A stretch of DNA of 64,000 bases from Candidatus Limnocylindria bacterium. Its GTDB lineage: Bacteria; Chloroflexota; Limnocylindria; P2-11E. The position numbers and the translations under genes were made by a program. The notes under the pieces are model-generated. The model did not search any database. It worked only from the letters and a program-made list of their open reading frames with translations, and had not been told where the DNA came from. The DNA lies in contig DASYUC010000080.1 of the NCBI GenBank assembly GCA_036001645.1, positions 9,348-73,347 on the forward strand, written 5' to 3'. Shown here in pieces: positions 25,539 through 34,539 of this stretch (position 1 is its first letter; each line of letters starts with the position of its first letter).

Positions 25539-27260
25539 ATGCGCGTGCCGACGGTCGAGCGCCGCTCCGATCCGCGCCTGGGCGTCGCGATGCGTGTCGG
25601 CCTCGCGCTCACCGCCACCGGCGTCGCGTCCGCCGGTCTCGGGCGCCGTGCGCTGTCGGGATCACCTGCGGACGTGCCGCTCGCGGTCGCGTTCGGCTGC
25701 TTCATCGCGCTGCTCGTTCTCGCGACGCTGCAGCGGCCACCACGCCTCTCCGCGTGGATCGGCCTCGCGCTCGCAGCGGGGATCTACGTGGCGACCGCCG
25801 TCGCGCTGGCGGGCACACCGGTTGGCATGGCCGCGTACTTCATCGCCGCTGCGCTCGCGACCTGGCGGACCGCGCCGCATCTGCGTCCGCTCTCCGTCGC
25901 GGCGTTCGCGCTGTGGACCCCGGCCCTCGGCGTCTTCGCGACGCGCGGCACCGCGGTGCTTCCCACGCCCGTCCTGGCCGCGGCGATGTTCGCGCTCGCG
26001 TACACGGTCGCCGTCCTCGTCGACCCATCCCGCGTACATCCGTCGGATCGCCTGCGACGCATTGGCTTCGGGATCGTGGCCATCGCGATCTTCGCCGCAC
26101 TCTTTGATCGGCATCTCGCCGTCAGCTCGTCCGGTCTCGCGCCCGACGATCTGTTCGCGGTCGTCGTCGCGTTCGCGTTGCCGTTGCTCGCGCACGTGCG
26201 CGCGCGGCCCTCGGCGCGCGATGCGATCGCGACCGGCCTCGTGCTCACCGCCTTCGCACTCATCGGGCTCGCGTGCCTCAGCGCCGTGCCCTACCACGCC
26301 GACGCGGTCGCGGCCCTTCATCGCTCCGCGGAGATCGTCCTCTCGGGTCAGGACCCGTACGCCGTTTTCGATCTGCCTGAGGCGCTCGCGCGCTTCCACA
26401 TGGACCCGCAGCTCGCGACGCACCTCGAGAACGGCGCGGTCATGCACACGTACAACTACCCGGCCCTCTCGTTCCTCGTCGTCGCGCCGTTCGTCGCGCT
26501 CGGACTCGGAGACATACGCTGGGTGTTCCTCGCGGAGCTGCTGCTGCTCGCTCTCATCGCCGTCTCGCGTCTGCGCCTCGTGTGGCGGCCGATGGCGCTC
26601 GCGACGATCGTGGGCAACGCCATCGTCCTGCGGCAGCAGATCCTCGCGGGGATCGACCCGACCTGGGCACTCCTCACGATCGCCTCGTGGCTCGCGCTCG
26701 GCCGTCCCTGGCTCTCGCCGATCCTTCTCGGACTCGCGTTCGCCGCACGCCAGACGGCGTGGTTCGTCGCGCCGTTCTACGTCGCCCTCATCTGGCAGCG
26801 TTGGGGCTGGCGCGAAGCGGTCCGGCGCACGGTCATCGCTGGCGGCGTCGCGCTCGCTGTGAATGCACCGTTCTTCGTGCTCGCGCCGGAGCGGTTCATC
26901 GATGGGGTGAGCGCACCGATCCTCGGCCCGCTCGAGCCGGACGGCGTCGGACTGGTGCGCTTCGGGCTCGCGGGCATCGGACCGCTTTTCACGCGCGGCG
27001 GGTACGGCGCGCTCGCGCTCGTCGGGTTCGCCGCGCTTCTCTTCGGCCTCGTGCGATGGCGGCGTGCTGTTACGAGCGCGCCGCTGGTCTGGCCGTTCGT
27101 ACCGCTGTACTTCGCCTGGAGATCGCTGCAGAACTACTTCGTACTCATGACGCTCTTCGTCTTCATCGCCGACGACGAGCTCGCGCCGGAAGTACCACCA
27201 CCCGTGACCTCCGCCTCCGGCTCCGGCATTCTGGAGCGGCTGCCGCCGCTCCATCAGTAA
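25539..27260 (+). CDS. Large polytopic membrane protein (GT-C-like; DUF2029-related loop)
   Basis: 573 aa with more than 12 hydrophobic segments. Loop: LSGQDPYAVFDLP...HTYNYPALSFLVVAPF. The start is ATG 25539 or ATG 25590. Confidence 0.55.
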   Translation: MRVPTVERRSDPRLGVAMRVGLALTATGVASAGLGRRALSGSPADVPLAVAFGCFIALLVLATLQRPPRLSAWIGLALAAGIYVATAVALAGTPVGMAAYFIAAALATWRTAPHLRPLSVAAFALWTPALGVFATRGTAVLPTPVLAAAMFALAYTVAVLVDPSRVHPSDRLRRIGFGIVAIAIFAALFDRHLAVSSSGLAPDDLFAVVVAFALPLLAHVRARPSARDAIATGLVLTAFALIGLACLSAVPYHADAVAALHRSAEIVLSGQDPYAVFDLPEALARFHMDPQLATHLENGAVMHTYNYPALSFLVVAPFVALGLGDIRWVFLAELLLLALIAVSRLRLVWRPMALATIVGNAIVLRQQILAGIDPTWALLTIASWLALGRPWLSPILLGLAFAARQTAWFVAPFYVALIWQRWGWREAVRRTVIAGGVALAVNAPFFVLAPERFIDGVSAPILGPLEPDGVGLVRFGLAGIGPLFTRGGYGALALVGFAALLFGLVRWRRAVTSAPLVWPFVPLYFAWRSLQNYFVLMTLFVFIADDELAPEVPPPVTSASGSGILERLPPLHQ

Positions 27261-27332
27261 CGCGCTGAAAGCGGGGCGCCGCCACCGGACCGATACCCGT
27301 TCCGCTCTTGGACGCCCAAGAGTGGGTGCGGG

Positions 27333-30300
27333 ATGGCCCGCTTCTTTCCGCGCGATGTCCTTCTCGTTGCCCGACTGATCGCGGTCGCGGGCGCTCTCGT
27401 CTGGATCCTCATCGGAGGCCAGGCGACACTGCTCTTCGCGGGCGCCGCGCTCGTCTTCCTCGTCGCGACGTCGGTCCTCATCTGGCGAGACGACGTGCGC
27501 CGGGGCGGGGCCCCGGTGCCGCTATCTGAGACCCCGGCGTTCGTCGTGGTCGGCGATCTCCTCGCGGCTTCGGCCTGGATGATCGCGAGCGCGCCGAACG
27601 AGCGCAGCGTCGCGTTCGTCGTGGTCGTCGCCATCGGCGCCCTCGCCATGTACCGCCTCGGTCGGCACGGTGTGACCGCGACCGCGGCCGCGTACGTCGT
27701 CGGTCGCATCGGTCAGGAGATCGTGCGCATCGGTCTTGGCGTCCCGACACCGGTGCCGCAGGTCTTCGGCGAGGCGATGGTCGTGATCCTCGTGCTCATC
27801 ATCCTCAGCGCGACCGTCGATCACTACCGCGGCGAGCAGCGCACCGGCGCTCGCGCGCTGCGCCTCGCGCGCAGCCTGCAACGCGTCGCGACGGAGATCG
27901 GGCAAGAGACCACGCCGGAGGGCCTCTTCCGTTCGATCGCGCGCAACGCGCTGCTCCTCGTCGACGCGCACCACGCGACGATCAACCGACGCCACGGCGA
28001 TCGGTTCACCATCGTTGCCGGCGCGGGCACCGGTGAGCGCGCTGTGGGTGTGCATGCCTCCGCGCGTGCCGGCATCGTCGGCGCGGTGCTGCGCTCGCGT
28101 CGCGCCGTCGCGTGGGCCGACTACACCGCCGACCCCACCGCGGTCCCTGCGATCAAGGACATCGGGGTGCGCTCGATCGTCGGCGTGCCGATCGTGGTGC
28201 AGGGTGAGATCGCCGCGACGCTCACCGTCGGCCGTCTGCAGGTGCGACCGTTCGATGAGAACGACGTGCGCGCGCTCGAGGGGCTCGCCGCCCACGGGTC
28301 GATCGCGCTCCGCAACGCACGGATCATCGAGCAAGCGCGCCGCGTCGAGAGCGTGTCGCGCGAGCTGGCGGCCGAGACCGGCGCGACCTCCGACGTCATC
28401 CGCCGCATCGCGCAAGAGATGCACGAGGCCTACGACACCGAGTTCGTGCTCGTCACGGAGCTGGCAGGCGAGACCGCGGTCGACCTCGCCGGTGTCGGGC
28501 TCGCCGCTCCGCTGTCGGCGCCGCAGGTCGTCGGGCCGCTGGTGCGCCAGGTCATCCGCCGCCGCGAGGTCGTGAGCATCCGCGACTACGCGATCGAGAT
28601 GCAGCACGAGACGACCGGGCACTCGGACCTGCTCCGCGAGGCCGGCATCCACGCCGCCATGGCCGCGCCGGTCATGCTCGGCGGCGAGGTCGTTGGGAGC
28701 GTGGGCATCGCCACCACCGATCCCGATCGCACGTTCGACGCGATCGACCGCCAGGGTCTTTTCGCCTTCGCCCAGCTCGCGGCGGCGGCCATGCGGTCCG
28801 CCCGCGTGCGGGCGGAGCGGGAACAGCGGATCCGGCGCCTATCGGCGCTCAACGACCTGGCCTGGCAGCTCGCGGGCGCGAGCGAGCCGTTTGGCATCGC
28901 GCGTCTCGCGTACGAGGCGGCGGGCGCGCTGGTCGCGCGCGACTCCTTCTATGTGGCTCGGTACGACGCCGACAAGCGGGAGTTCGAGTTCGTCCTGCAG
29001 GCCGAGGGCGCCAACGTCTGGGCCGGCGAGCGCTACCCGCTCGCGACGGGACCGACCAGCCAGGTCGTCCTCACCGGCGAGACGTACCTGGTGCGCGGCG
29101 CCGACGATCCGGTGCAGCGCCGCGGCATGGCATTCGGGGAGACCGAGCGGCAATCGCTATCCGCGGTCCACGTACCGCTGAAGAGCCGCGGGCGCCTGGT
29201 GGGCGTGCTCTCGAGCCAGGCCTACCGGCCCGGCATGTTCGACGACGAGGACATCGCGGTGCTGCAGTCGCTCGGGAACCTCGTGGCGACGGCGTTCGAG
29301 AACGCGGAGCACCTGGCGCAGATGCGAGAGCTCTACCTCGCGTCGGTGAAAGCGCTCGCGGCCGCGGTCGACGCGCGCGATCCGTACACGCGCAGCCACT
29401 CGGCGCGCGTCGCGGCGCTCGCGCGCACGATCGCGGACGAGATGCGCTTGTCGCCGGACCAGCTGCGTCGCGTGCAGCTCGGCGCGCTGCTACACGACAT
29501 CGGCAAGATCGGCGTGCCCGACGCGATCCTGAACAAGCCGGGTCCGCTCACCGCCGACGAGTGGGTGATCATGCGCACGCATCCCGCCGTCGGCGGGTCG
29601 ATCCTCGCGGCGGTCGAGCCGCTCCGCGATCTCGTCCCGATCGTGCGGTCGCACCACGAGCGCTTCGACGGGGCCGGCTACCCCGAGAAGCTCGCGGGTG
29701 ACACCGTCCCGATCGAGGCGTATGTCGTCGCGGCCGCGGATGCGTTCGAGGTCATCGTGAGCCGGCGCGCGTACAAGCAGGCCCAGAGCGCCGAGTTCGC
29801 GTGCGCGGAGCTCGTGCGCTGCCGCGGTACCCAATTCCACCCCGATGTGGTCGACGCCTTCCTCCGCGTCATCGATCGCGACCGCCAACAGGGCGCGGCC
29901 TATCTCCGTCGTGTCGGCGCGACCCTGGAGGAGGACATGGCGAACGTTCCCGGCCCGGGCGGCGTGCTCGAACAGTTCGCCGCCTCCGCGCACGCGCACG
30001 GACGGCAGCTCGCGATCCTCCAGCGGCTCGCGTCCGAGATCAGCGCGGTGCTCGACATCGACGAGCTCGCCGGCCGTCTGCTGCGGATCGTCTGCGAGTC
30101 GATGGGCTACGAGAACGGATTCCTGCTGACGCTCGACGACAAGCACGAAAGCCTCGTCGTGCGCGCCGCCGTCGGTCCATCGGAGCCGTACGTGGGTCAG
30201 CTCCTCACGCGCGGCGTCGGCATCAGCTGGTGGGTCATCGAGCACGGTGAGCTGCAGAACGTCACCGATGCGCAGACCGATCCGCGCTTCTACGGACCGG

Positions 30301-30965
30301 CGAACATCCAGTCCGTTCTTTGCGTGCCGCTGCAGCTCGGTGACGAGCGCGTCGGCGTGCTCGGCATCGAGAGCCCGCGACGCGACGCGTTCGGACGCGA
30401 GGACGAGGAGCTGCTCACCGCGGTATCGCACCAGGTCGCGGCCGCGCTGCGCGTCGCGAGGCTGCACCAGGCCGCGAAGACGGCGGCGGCCACCGATCCA
30501 CTCACCGGTTTGCCGAACCGGCGCACGTTCTTCGACCGGCTCCGCGTCGAGCTCGCGGGCGACCCGCTCGCCTCGGTGACGGTCGCGGTCCTCGACGTGA
30601 ACGGCCTGAAGCAGCTGAACGACGAGTTCGGGCACGGCGCAGGGGACGAGGCGCTCATCCGCATCGGCGAGATGCTCTCCGCCGGCGTCCGCGACCACGA
30701 CACCGTCGCGCGCATCGGTGGCGACGAATTCGCGATCCTCTTCCCCGGCGCACCGCTGCTCGCTGCGGAGCGGGTCATGCGCCGCGTCGCGAACAACATC
30801 TCCGAGGGCACGCTTGCCGACGGGAAGCGCCTTCCGACCATCGCCTGGGGTGTCGCGGACGCGTCGGACCGCCCGATCACGGTCGACGCGTTGGTCGACG
30901 CGGCCGACCGGGCGATGTACCGGCACAAGCAGCTCACGCGGGGCAGCCGGGCGTCGACGGCGTAG
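27333..30965 (+). CDS. Multidomain signalling protein: TM region, several GAF domains, HD-GYP, GAF, GGDEF
   Basis: 1210 aa with N-terminal hydrophobic helices. HD-GYP: HSARVAALA, LLHDIGKIGVPD, HHERFDGAGYPEKL (around aa 700-800). GGDEF: DPLTGLPNRR, LDVNGLKQLNDEFGHGAGDEAL, RIGGDEFAILF (around aa 1040-1200). Confidence 0.9.
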   Translation: MARFFPRDVLLVARLIAVAGALVWILIGGQATLLFAGAALVFLVATSVLIWRDDVRRGGAPVPLSETPAFVVVGDLLAASAWMIASAPNERSVAFVVVVAIGALAMYRLGRHGVTATAAAYVVGRIGQEIVRIGLGVPTPVPQVFGEAMVVILVLIILSATVDHYRGEQRTGARALRLARSLQRVATEIGQETTPEGLFRSIARNALLLVDAHHATINRRHGDRFTIVAGAGTGERAVGVHASARAGIVGAVLRSRRAVAWADYTADPTAVPAIKDIGVRSIVGVPIVVQGEIAATLTVGRLQVRPFDENDVRALEGLAAHGSIALRNARIIEQARRVESVSRELAAETGATSDVIRRIAQEMHEAYDTEFVLVTELAGETAVDLAGVGLAAPLSAPQVVGPLVRQVIRRREVVSIRDYAIEMQHETTGHSDLLREAGIHAAMAAPVMLGGEVVGSVGIATTDPDRTFDAIDRQGLFAFAQLAAAAMRSARVRAEREQRIRRLSALNDLAWQLAGASEPFGIARLAYEAAGALVARDSFYVARYDADKREFEFVLQAEGANVWAGERYPLATGPTSQVVLTGETYLVRGADDPVQRRGMAFGETERQSLSAVHVPLKSRGRLVGVLSSQAYRPGMFDDEDIAVLQSLGNLVATAFENAEHLAQMRELYLASVKALAAAVDARDPYTRSHSARVAALARTIADEMRLSPDQLRRVQLGALLHDIGKIGVPDAILNKPGPLTADEWVIMRTHPAVGGSILAAVEPLRDLVPIVRSHHERFDGAGYPEKLAGDTVPIEAYVVAAADAFEVIVSRRAYKQAQSAEFACAELVRCRGTQFHPDVVDAFLRVIDRDRQQGAAYLRRVGATLEEDMANVPGPGGVLEQFAASAHAHGRQLAILQRLASEISAVLDIDELAGRLLRIVCESMGYENGFLLTLDDKHESLVVRAAVGPSEPYVGQLLTRGVGISWWVIEHGELQNVTDAQTDPRFYGPANIQSVLCVPLQLGDERVGVLGIESPRRDAFGREDEELLTAVSHQVAAALRVARLHQAAKTAAATDPLTGLPNRRTFFDRLRVELAGDPLASVTVAVLDVNGLKQLNDEFGHGAGDEALIRIGEMLSAGVRDHDTVARIGGDEFAILFPGAPLLAAERVMRRVANNISEGTLADGKRLPTIAWGVADASDRPITVDALVDAADRAMYRHKQLTRGSRASTA

Positions 30966-30973
30966 ACAGAGCG

Positions 30974-31528
30974 CTATCCGACGATCACGTAGAAGTCGGC
31001 GGCAGCGCCGGTCCGCTGCACGTGTACCTGCCAACACCCCGACTTCGGGAACGTCATCAACACTCCGTACTCGGTCGTGCCCGGGAAGATCGGGTCGTAG
31101 CTGGACGAGATGTGTCCCGAGTCCACGCCGTTCGCCGCGATGCGCGTCCCGTCGTCGTGCTGTGCCTGAATGACAAGGGCCCCGGTGCCATTGATGCGGA
31201 GGATCATCTTCTGCTCGACGCCCGCCATCGGCACGAGGAAGAATGCGAGGACGGCGCGTGTCTCCGTCCCCGTCTGGGGCGTGCCGAGAAGGGGCCGCGG
31301 TCCGCCGCCGGATGTGATGCTCACGAGCTGCGAGGGCGGGCGGCAGTTCGGGCCACCGAGGATGGCCGGCGTCACGACCGCCGGCCACGGCGCTGTCTCG
31401 ATCGTCGCGTTCGCGGGTGGCGTCCCGGAAGGACTGGCGACGGCACCCGAGGGGGCTGGCCCCGGCGCCACCGGGCTGCATTGGGCGAGGACGACCATCG
31501 CCAGCAGCCAGCGCGTCCCCATTCCCAC
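30974..31528 (-). CDS. Hypothetical lipoprotein
   Basis: Signal and lipobox WLLAMVVLAQC, a Pro/Ala/Ser linker, then a beta-rich-looking domain. I recognised no family. Confidence 0.55.
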   Translation of the reverse strand: MGMGTRWLLAMVVLAQCSPVAPGPAPSGAVASPSGTPPANATIETAPWPAVVTPAILGGPNCRPPSQLVSITSGGGPRPLLGTPQTGTETRAVLAFFLVPMAGVEQKMILRINGTGALVIQAQHDDGTRIAANGVDSGHISSSYDPIFPGTTEYGVLMTFPKSGCWQVHVQRTGAAADFYVIVG

Positions 31529-31594
31529 ACGTTAGACCCGGCTCCTCCGGTACCATGTCTCCATACCGGCAGCGACCGGGAAGAAGACCGACCC

Positions 31595-31797
31595 AAGTTC
31601 CGATAGAGAAGGCGCGTCACCGGCTGGAAGCGCGCCGCGGTGAACAGGACGGGAAGTCGCCCGCGAGTCGGATCGGAGGCACCCGTTATCGGCCGAATGA
31701 GCCGCCGAGCGCGGATCGAACAAATCGATCTCGTGGCTCGCCGGGAAGTCGGGTGGTACCACGGCGCTGTTCGTCCCGGACGAGCAGCGCTTTTTGT
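31595..31797 (+). promoter_or_regulatory. T-box riboswitch leader of valS
   Basis: AG-box AGAGA 31605-31609. Stem I distal hairpin GGCGCG/CGCGCC 31611-31636 with loop containing GCUGGAA. F-box CCGTTA 31683-31688. T-box core GGGTGGTACCACGG 31751-31764, overlapping the 5' arm of a terminator hairpin. Val codons GUC (31656-31658, in GAAGUCG) and GUG (31640-31642) are specifier candidates. Confidence 0.8.
31764..31795 (+). terminator. Intrinsic terminator of the T-box leader
   Basis: GCGCTGTTCGTCC pairs with GGACGAGCAGCGC (one G-U pair) and is followed by TTTTTGTTTG. It lies 33 nt upstream of the valS ATG. Confidence 0.8.
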
Positions 31798-31827
31798 TTG
31801 CCCGCAAGCAAGAGAAGGAGGTCTGAA

Positions 31828-34539
31828 ATGACGATGACGAAAGAAAAGCTGGCTCCACCGCAGTCCGTCGTGTCGTTCAGCGAGAAGAACTACCGCCCGT
31901 CAGCCGTCGAGCAGGACCTCTACGGGTGGTGGGAGTCCAGCGGCTTCTTCACGCCCGACGAGACCAAAGTGGGCAAGCCGTTCGTGATGATGCTGCCGCT
32001 GCCCAATGTCACGGGCGATCTTCACCTGGGCCACGCGCTCGGCTTCGGTGGATACGAGGACCTGATGGCGCGCTGGCACCGCATGCTCGGCGAGCCGACG
32101 CTCTACATGCCCGGCACCGACCACGCCGGGATCATCGCGCAGAAGGTGGTGGAGGACGAGCTCGCGAAGAACGAGATCGGACGGAACGATCTCGGTCGCG
32201 AGAGGTTCCTGGCCGAGATGTGGAAGTGGATGGAACACTACCGGCCGCGGATTGAAAAGCAGCTGCGTCTCCTGGGATGCTCGCTGGACTGGTCGCGGCG
32301 GAACTTCACGATGGAGCCGTCGAAGCAGCGCGCGGTCCGCACGCACTTCATCCGGCTCTATCGGCGCGGTCACCTCTACCGCGCCGATCGGATCGTGCAC
32401 TGGTGCCTTCGTTGCCAGACGACGTATTCCGATCTCGAGTCGGAGCACATCATGCGCACCGACCCGCTCTACTTCGTGCGCTATCCATGGGCCGAGCCGA
32501 AGCCGGGCGATCCGCCGGTGATCATCGCTACCACGCGTCCGGAGACGATCGTCGCGGACGTCGCGGTGGCCGTGCATCCGGACGACGCGCGCTGGAGACC
32601 GTTCATCGGACGCGAGGTCCTCGTGCCGATCATCGAGCGGCGCGTGAAAGTGATCGCGGACGAAGCGGTGGACCCGAGCTTTGGCACCGGGGCGTTGAAG
32701 ATCACGCCCGGACACGACGCGACGGACTTCGAGATCGGACAGCGCCACGGCCTGCCGGTGATCACCGTGATCGACACGCGTGGCGCGATGACGCCCGCCG
32801 CGGGACCGCTCGCCGGGCCCGACCGCGACACGGGTCGCCGCATGGCGGTCGAGATGTTGAGAGACCGCGGCCTCATCGTGAAGGAAGAGCCGCTCACGCA
32901 CGCGGTCGGCGTGCACGACCGCTGCAAGACCGTCGACGAGCCGCTCGTGATGAAGCAGTGGTGGGTGAAGATGCCGCCGCTCGCCGCACCGGCGATCGCT
33001 GCCGTGCGCGACGGACGTGTCACGATCCATCCGCGCTATCAGGAGAAGGTCTACTTCAACTGGATGGAGAACATACGCGACTGGTCGGTGTCGCGACAGA
33101 TCTGGTGGGGCCACTCCATCCCGGTGTGGTACTGCCGCGACTGCGACGAGATCGTCGTGCCCGACGAGGGCGCGCCGGATCCGACGCGCTGCACGCGCTG
33201 CCGCAGCGACGACATCCACCAGGATCCCGACGTGCTCGACACGTGGTTCTCCAGCGCGCTCTGGCCGTTCTCCACGCTCGGCTGGCCCGACCAGACGCCC
33301 GATCTCAAGCGGTACTACCCGGGAAGCGTGCTGGAGACGGGTTACGACATCCTGTTCTTCTGGGTGGCCCGCATGATCATGATGGGCATCGAGGAGATGG
33401 GGGAGATCCCGTTCCACACCGTTTACCTCCACGGCCTCGTCCTGGTGGACGGCGAGAAGATGAGCAAGTCGACGGGCAACGTGATCAGCCCGGTCGGCTT
33501 CATCGAGCAGTACGGCGCCGACGCGCTCCGGTTCGCGCTGGTGAACGGTGTCGCTGCCGGCGCGGACCAGACGCTCTCCGAAGCGAAGCTGCAGAACGCC
33601 AAAGAGTTCGCGAACAAGCTCTGGAACATCAGCCGCTTCGTCCTGCATCACGTTGACGAGAACGCCGACGCGCTGCGGGAGTGGCGTTCGGATCGCACCC
33701 CCGCGCCGAAGGCCGGCGCCGGATCGGCCGACCCCGCGCTCGGCCACGCCGAGCGCTGGATCCTGTCGCGCACCGAGGCGACGGTCGCCGAGCTCACCCG
33801 CCTCCTCGAGCATTACCTCTTCGGCGAGTACGCCTCCGCGCTGCAGCAGTTCGTGTGGGCCGAGTTCGCGGATGTCTATCTGGAGCTGGCGAAGGCCGGC
33901 CTGCGCCACGAGACGCGCGCGCCTGGCACGGTGCGCACCCTCGCGTACGTGCTCGACCGCATCCTCCGGCTCGCGCACCCGATCGTGCCGTTCGTCAGCG
34001 ACACGATCGCACTGCAGCTGTGGCAGCGGCTGCCGAACACGGACCGCTCGCCGTCGCTGGTGATCGCGAAATGGCCAAAGGCCGGGACGCGCTCCGTCGC
34101 GCTCGAGGAGCGCATGGAGATCGCACTCGAGCTGGTGCGCGCGATCCGCAATCTCCGGCAAGAGGCCGGCACGAAGCCGGGCGAGCGCGTGAAGACGACG
34201 CTCGGCGGCGATACGATCGCGATCCACGACCTCGCAGACCTGATCTCGCATCTCGCGCAGACCGAGATCACGTTCGGGACCGGCAGCGGACCCGCCGCTG
34301 TCGTGCGCGCGATCGAAGTGCGCGTCGCCGTCGAGCGCGATCCGGCCGAGCATCGCGCGCGCCTCGCGAAGGAGCTGGCCGAGGCGAAGGAGTCGCTCCG
34401 CCGTTCGCGCGAGCTGCTCTCACGTCCCGGGTTCGCCGACAAGGCGCCCGCCAACGTCGTCACGAACGAGAAGGCGAGGCTCGCGGAGCGCGAGGAACGC
34501 GTGCGCCTGCTCGAAGAGGAGCTGCGCCGGGCCGCGTGA
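31828..34539 (+). CDS. valS: Valine--tRNA ligase
   Basis: ATG 31828 is preceded by GAAGGAGG. HIGH motif: PNVTGDLHLGHAL. KMSKS motif present. C-terminal coiled coil. The track ORF from 31417 covers the leader and is rejected. Confidence 0.95.
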   Translation: MTMTKEKLAPPQSVVSFSEKNYRPSAVEQDLYGWWESSGFFTPDETKVGKPFVMMLPLPNVTGDLHLGHALGFGGYEDLMARWHRMLGEPTLYMPGTDHAGIIAQKVVEDELAKNEIGRNDLGRERFLAEMWKWMEHYRPRIEKQLRLLGCSLDWSRRNFTMEPSKQRAVRTHFIRLYRRGHLYRADRIVHWCLRCQTTYSDLESEHIMRTDPLYFVRYPWAEPKPGDPPVIIATTRPETIVADVAVAVHPDDARWRPFIGREVLVPIIERRVKVIADEAVDPSFGTGALKITPGHDATDFEIGQRHGLPVITVIDTRGAMTPAAGPLAGPDRDTGRRMAVEMLRDRGLIVKEEPLTHAVGVHDRCKTVDEPLVMKQWWVKMPPLAAPAIAAVRDGRVTIHPRYQEKVYFNWMENIRDWSVSRQIWWGHSIPVWYCRDCDEIVVPDEGAPDPTRCTRCRSDDIHQDPDVLDTWFSSALWPFSTLGWPDQTPDLKRYYPGSVLETGYDILFFWVARMIMMGIEEMGEIPFHTVYLHGLVLVDGEKMSKSTGNVISPVGFIEQYGADALRFALVNGVAAGADQTLSEAKLQNAKEFANKLWNISRFVLHHVDENADALREWRSDRTPAPKAGAGSADPALGHAERWILSRTEATVAELTRLLEHYLFGEYASALQQFVWAEFADVYLELAKAGLRHETRAPGTVRTLAYVLDRILRLAHPIVPFVSDTIALQLWQRLPNTDRSPSLVIAKWPKAGTRSVALEERMEIALELVRAIRNLRQEAGTKPGERVKTTLGGDTIAIHDLADLISHLAQTEITFGTGSGPAAVVRAIEVRVAVERDPAEHRARLAKELAEAKESLRRSRELLSRPGFADKAPANVVTNEKARLAEREERVRLLEEELRRAA

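Noticed and set aside
27261-27332. Hairpin CTCTTGG-acgc-CCAAGAG just upstream of the 1210-aa signalling gene, considered as a terminator or riboswitch.
   Set aside because: It is a short 7-bp stem without a U-tract, and I could recognise no conserved riboswitch motifs. It is too weak to call.
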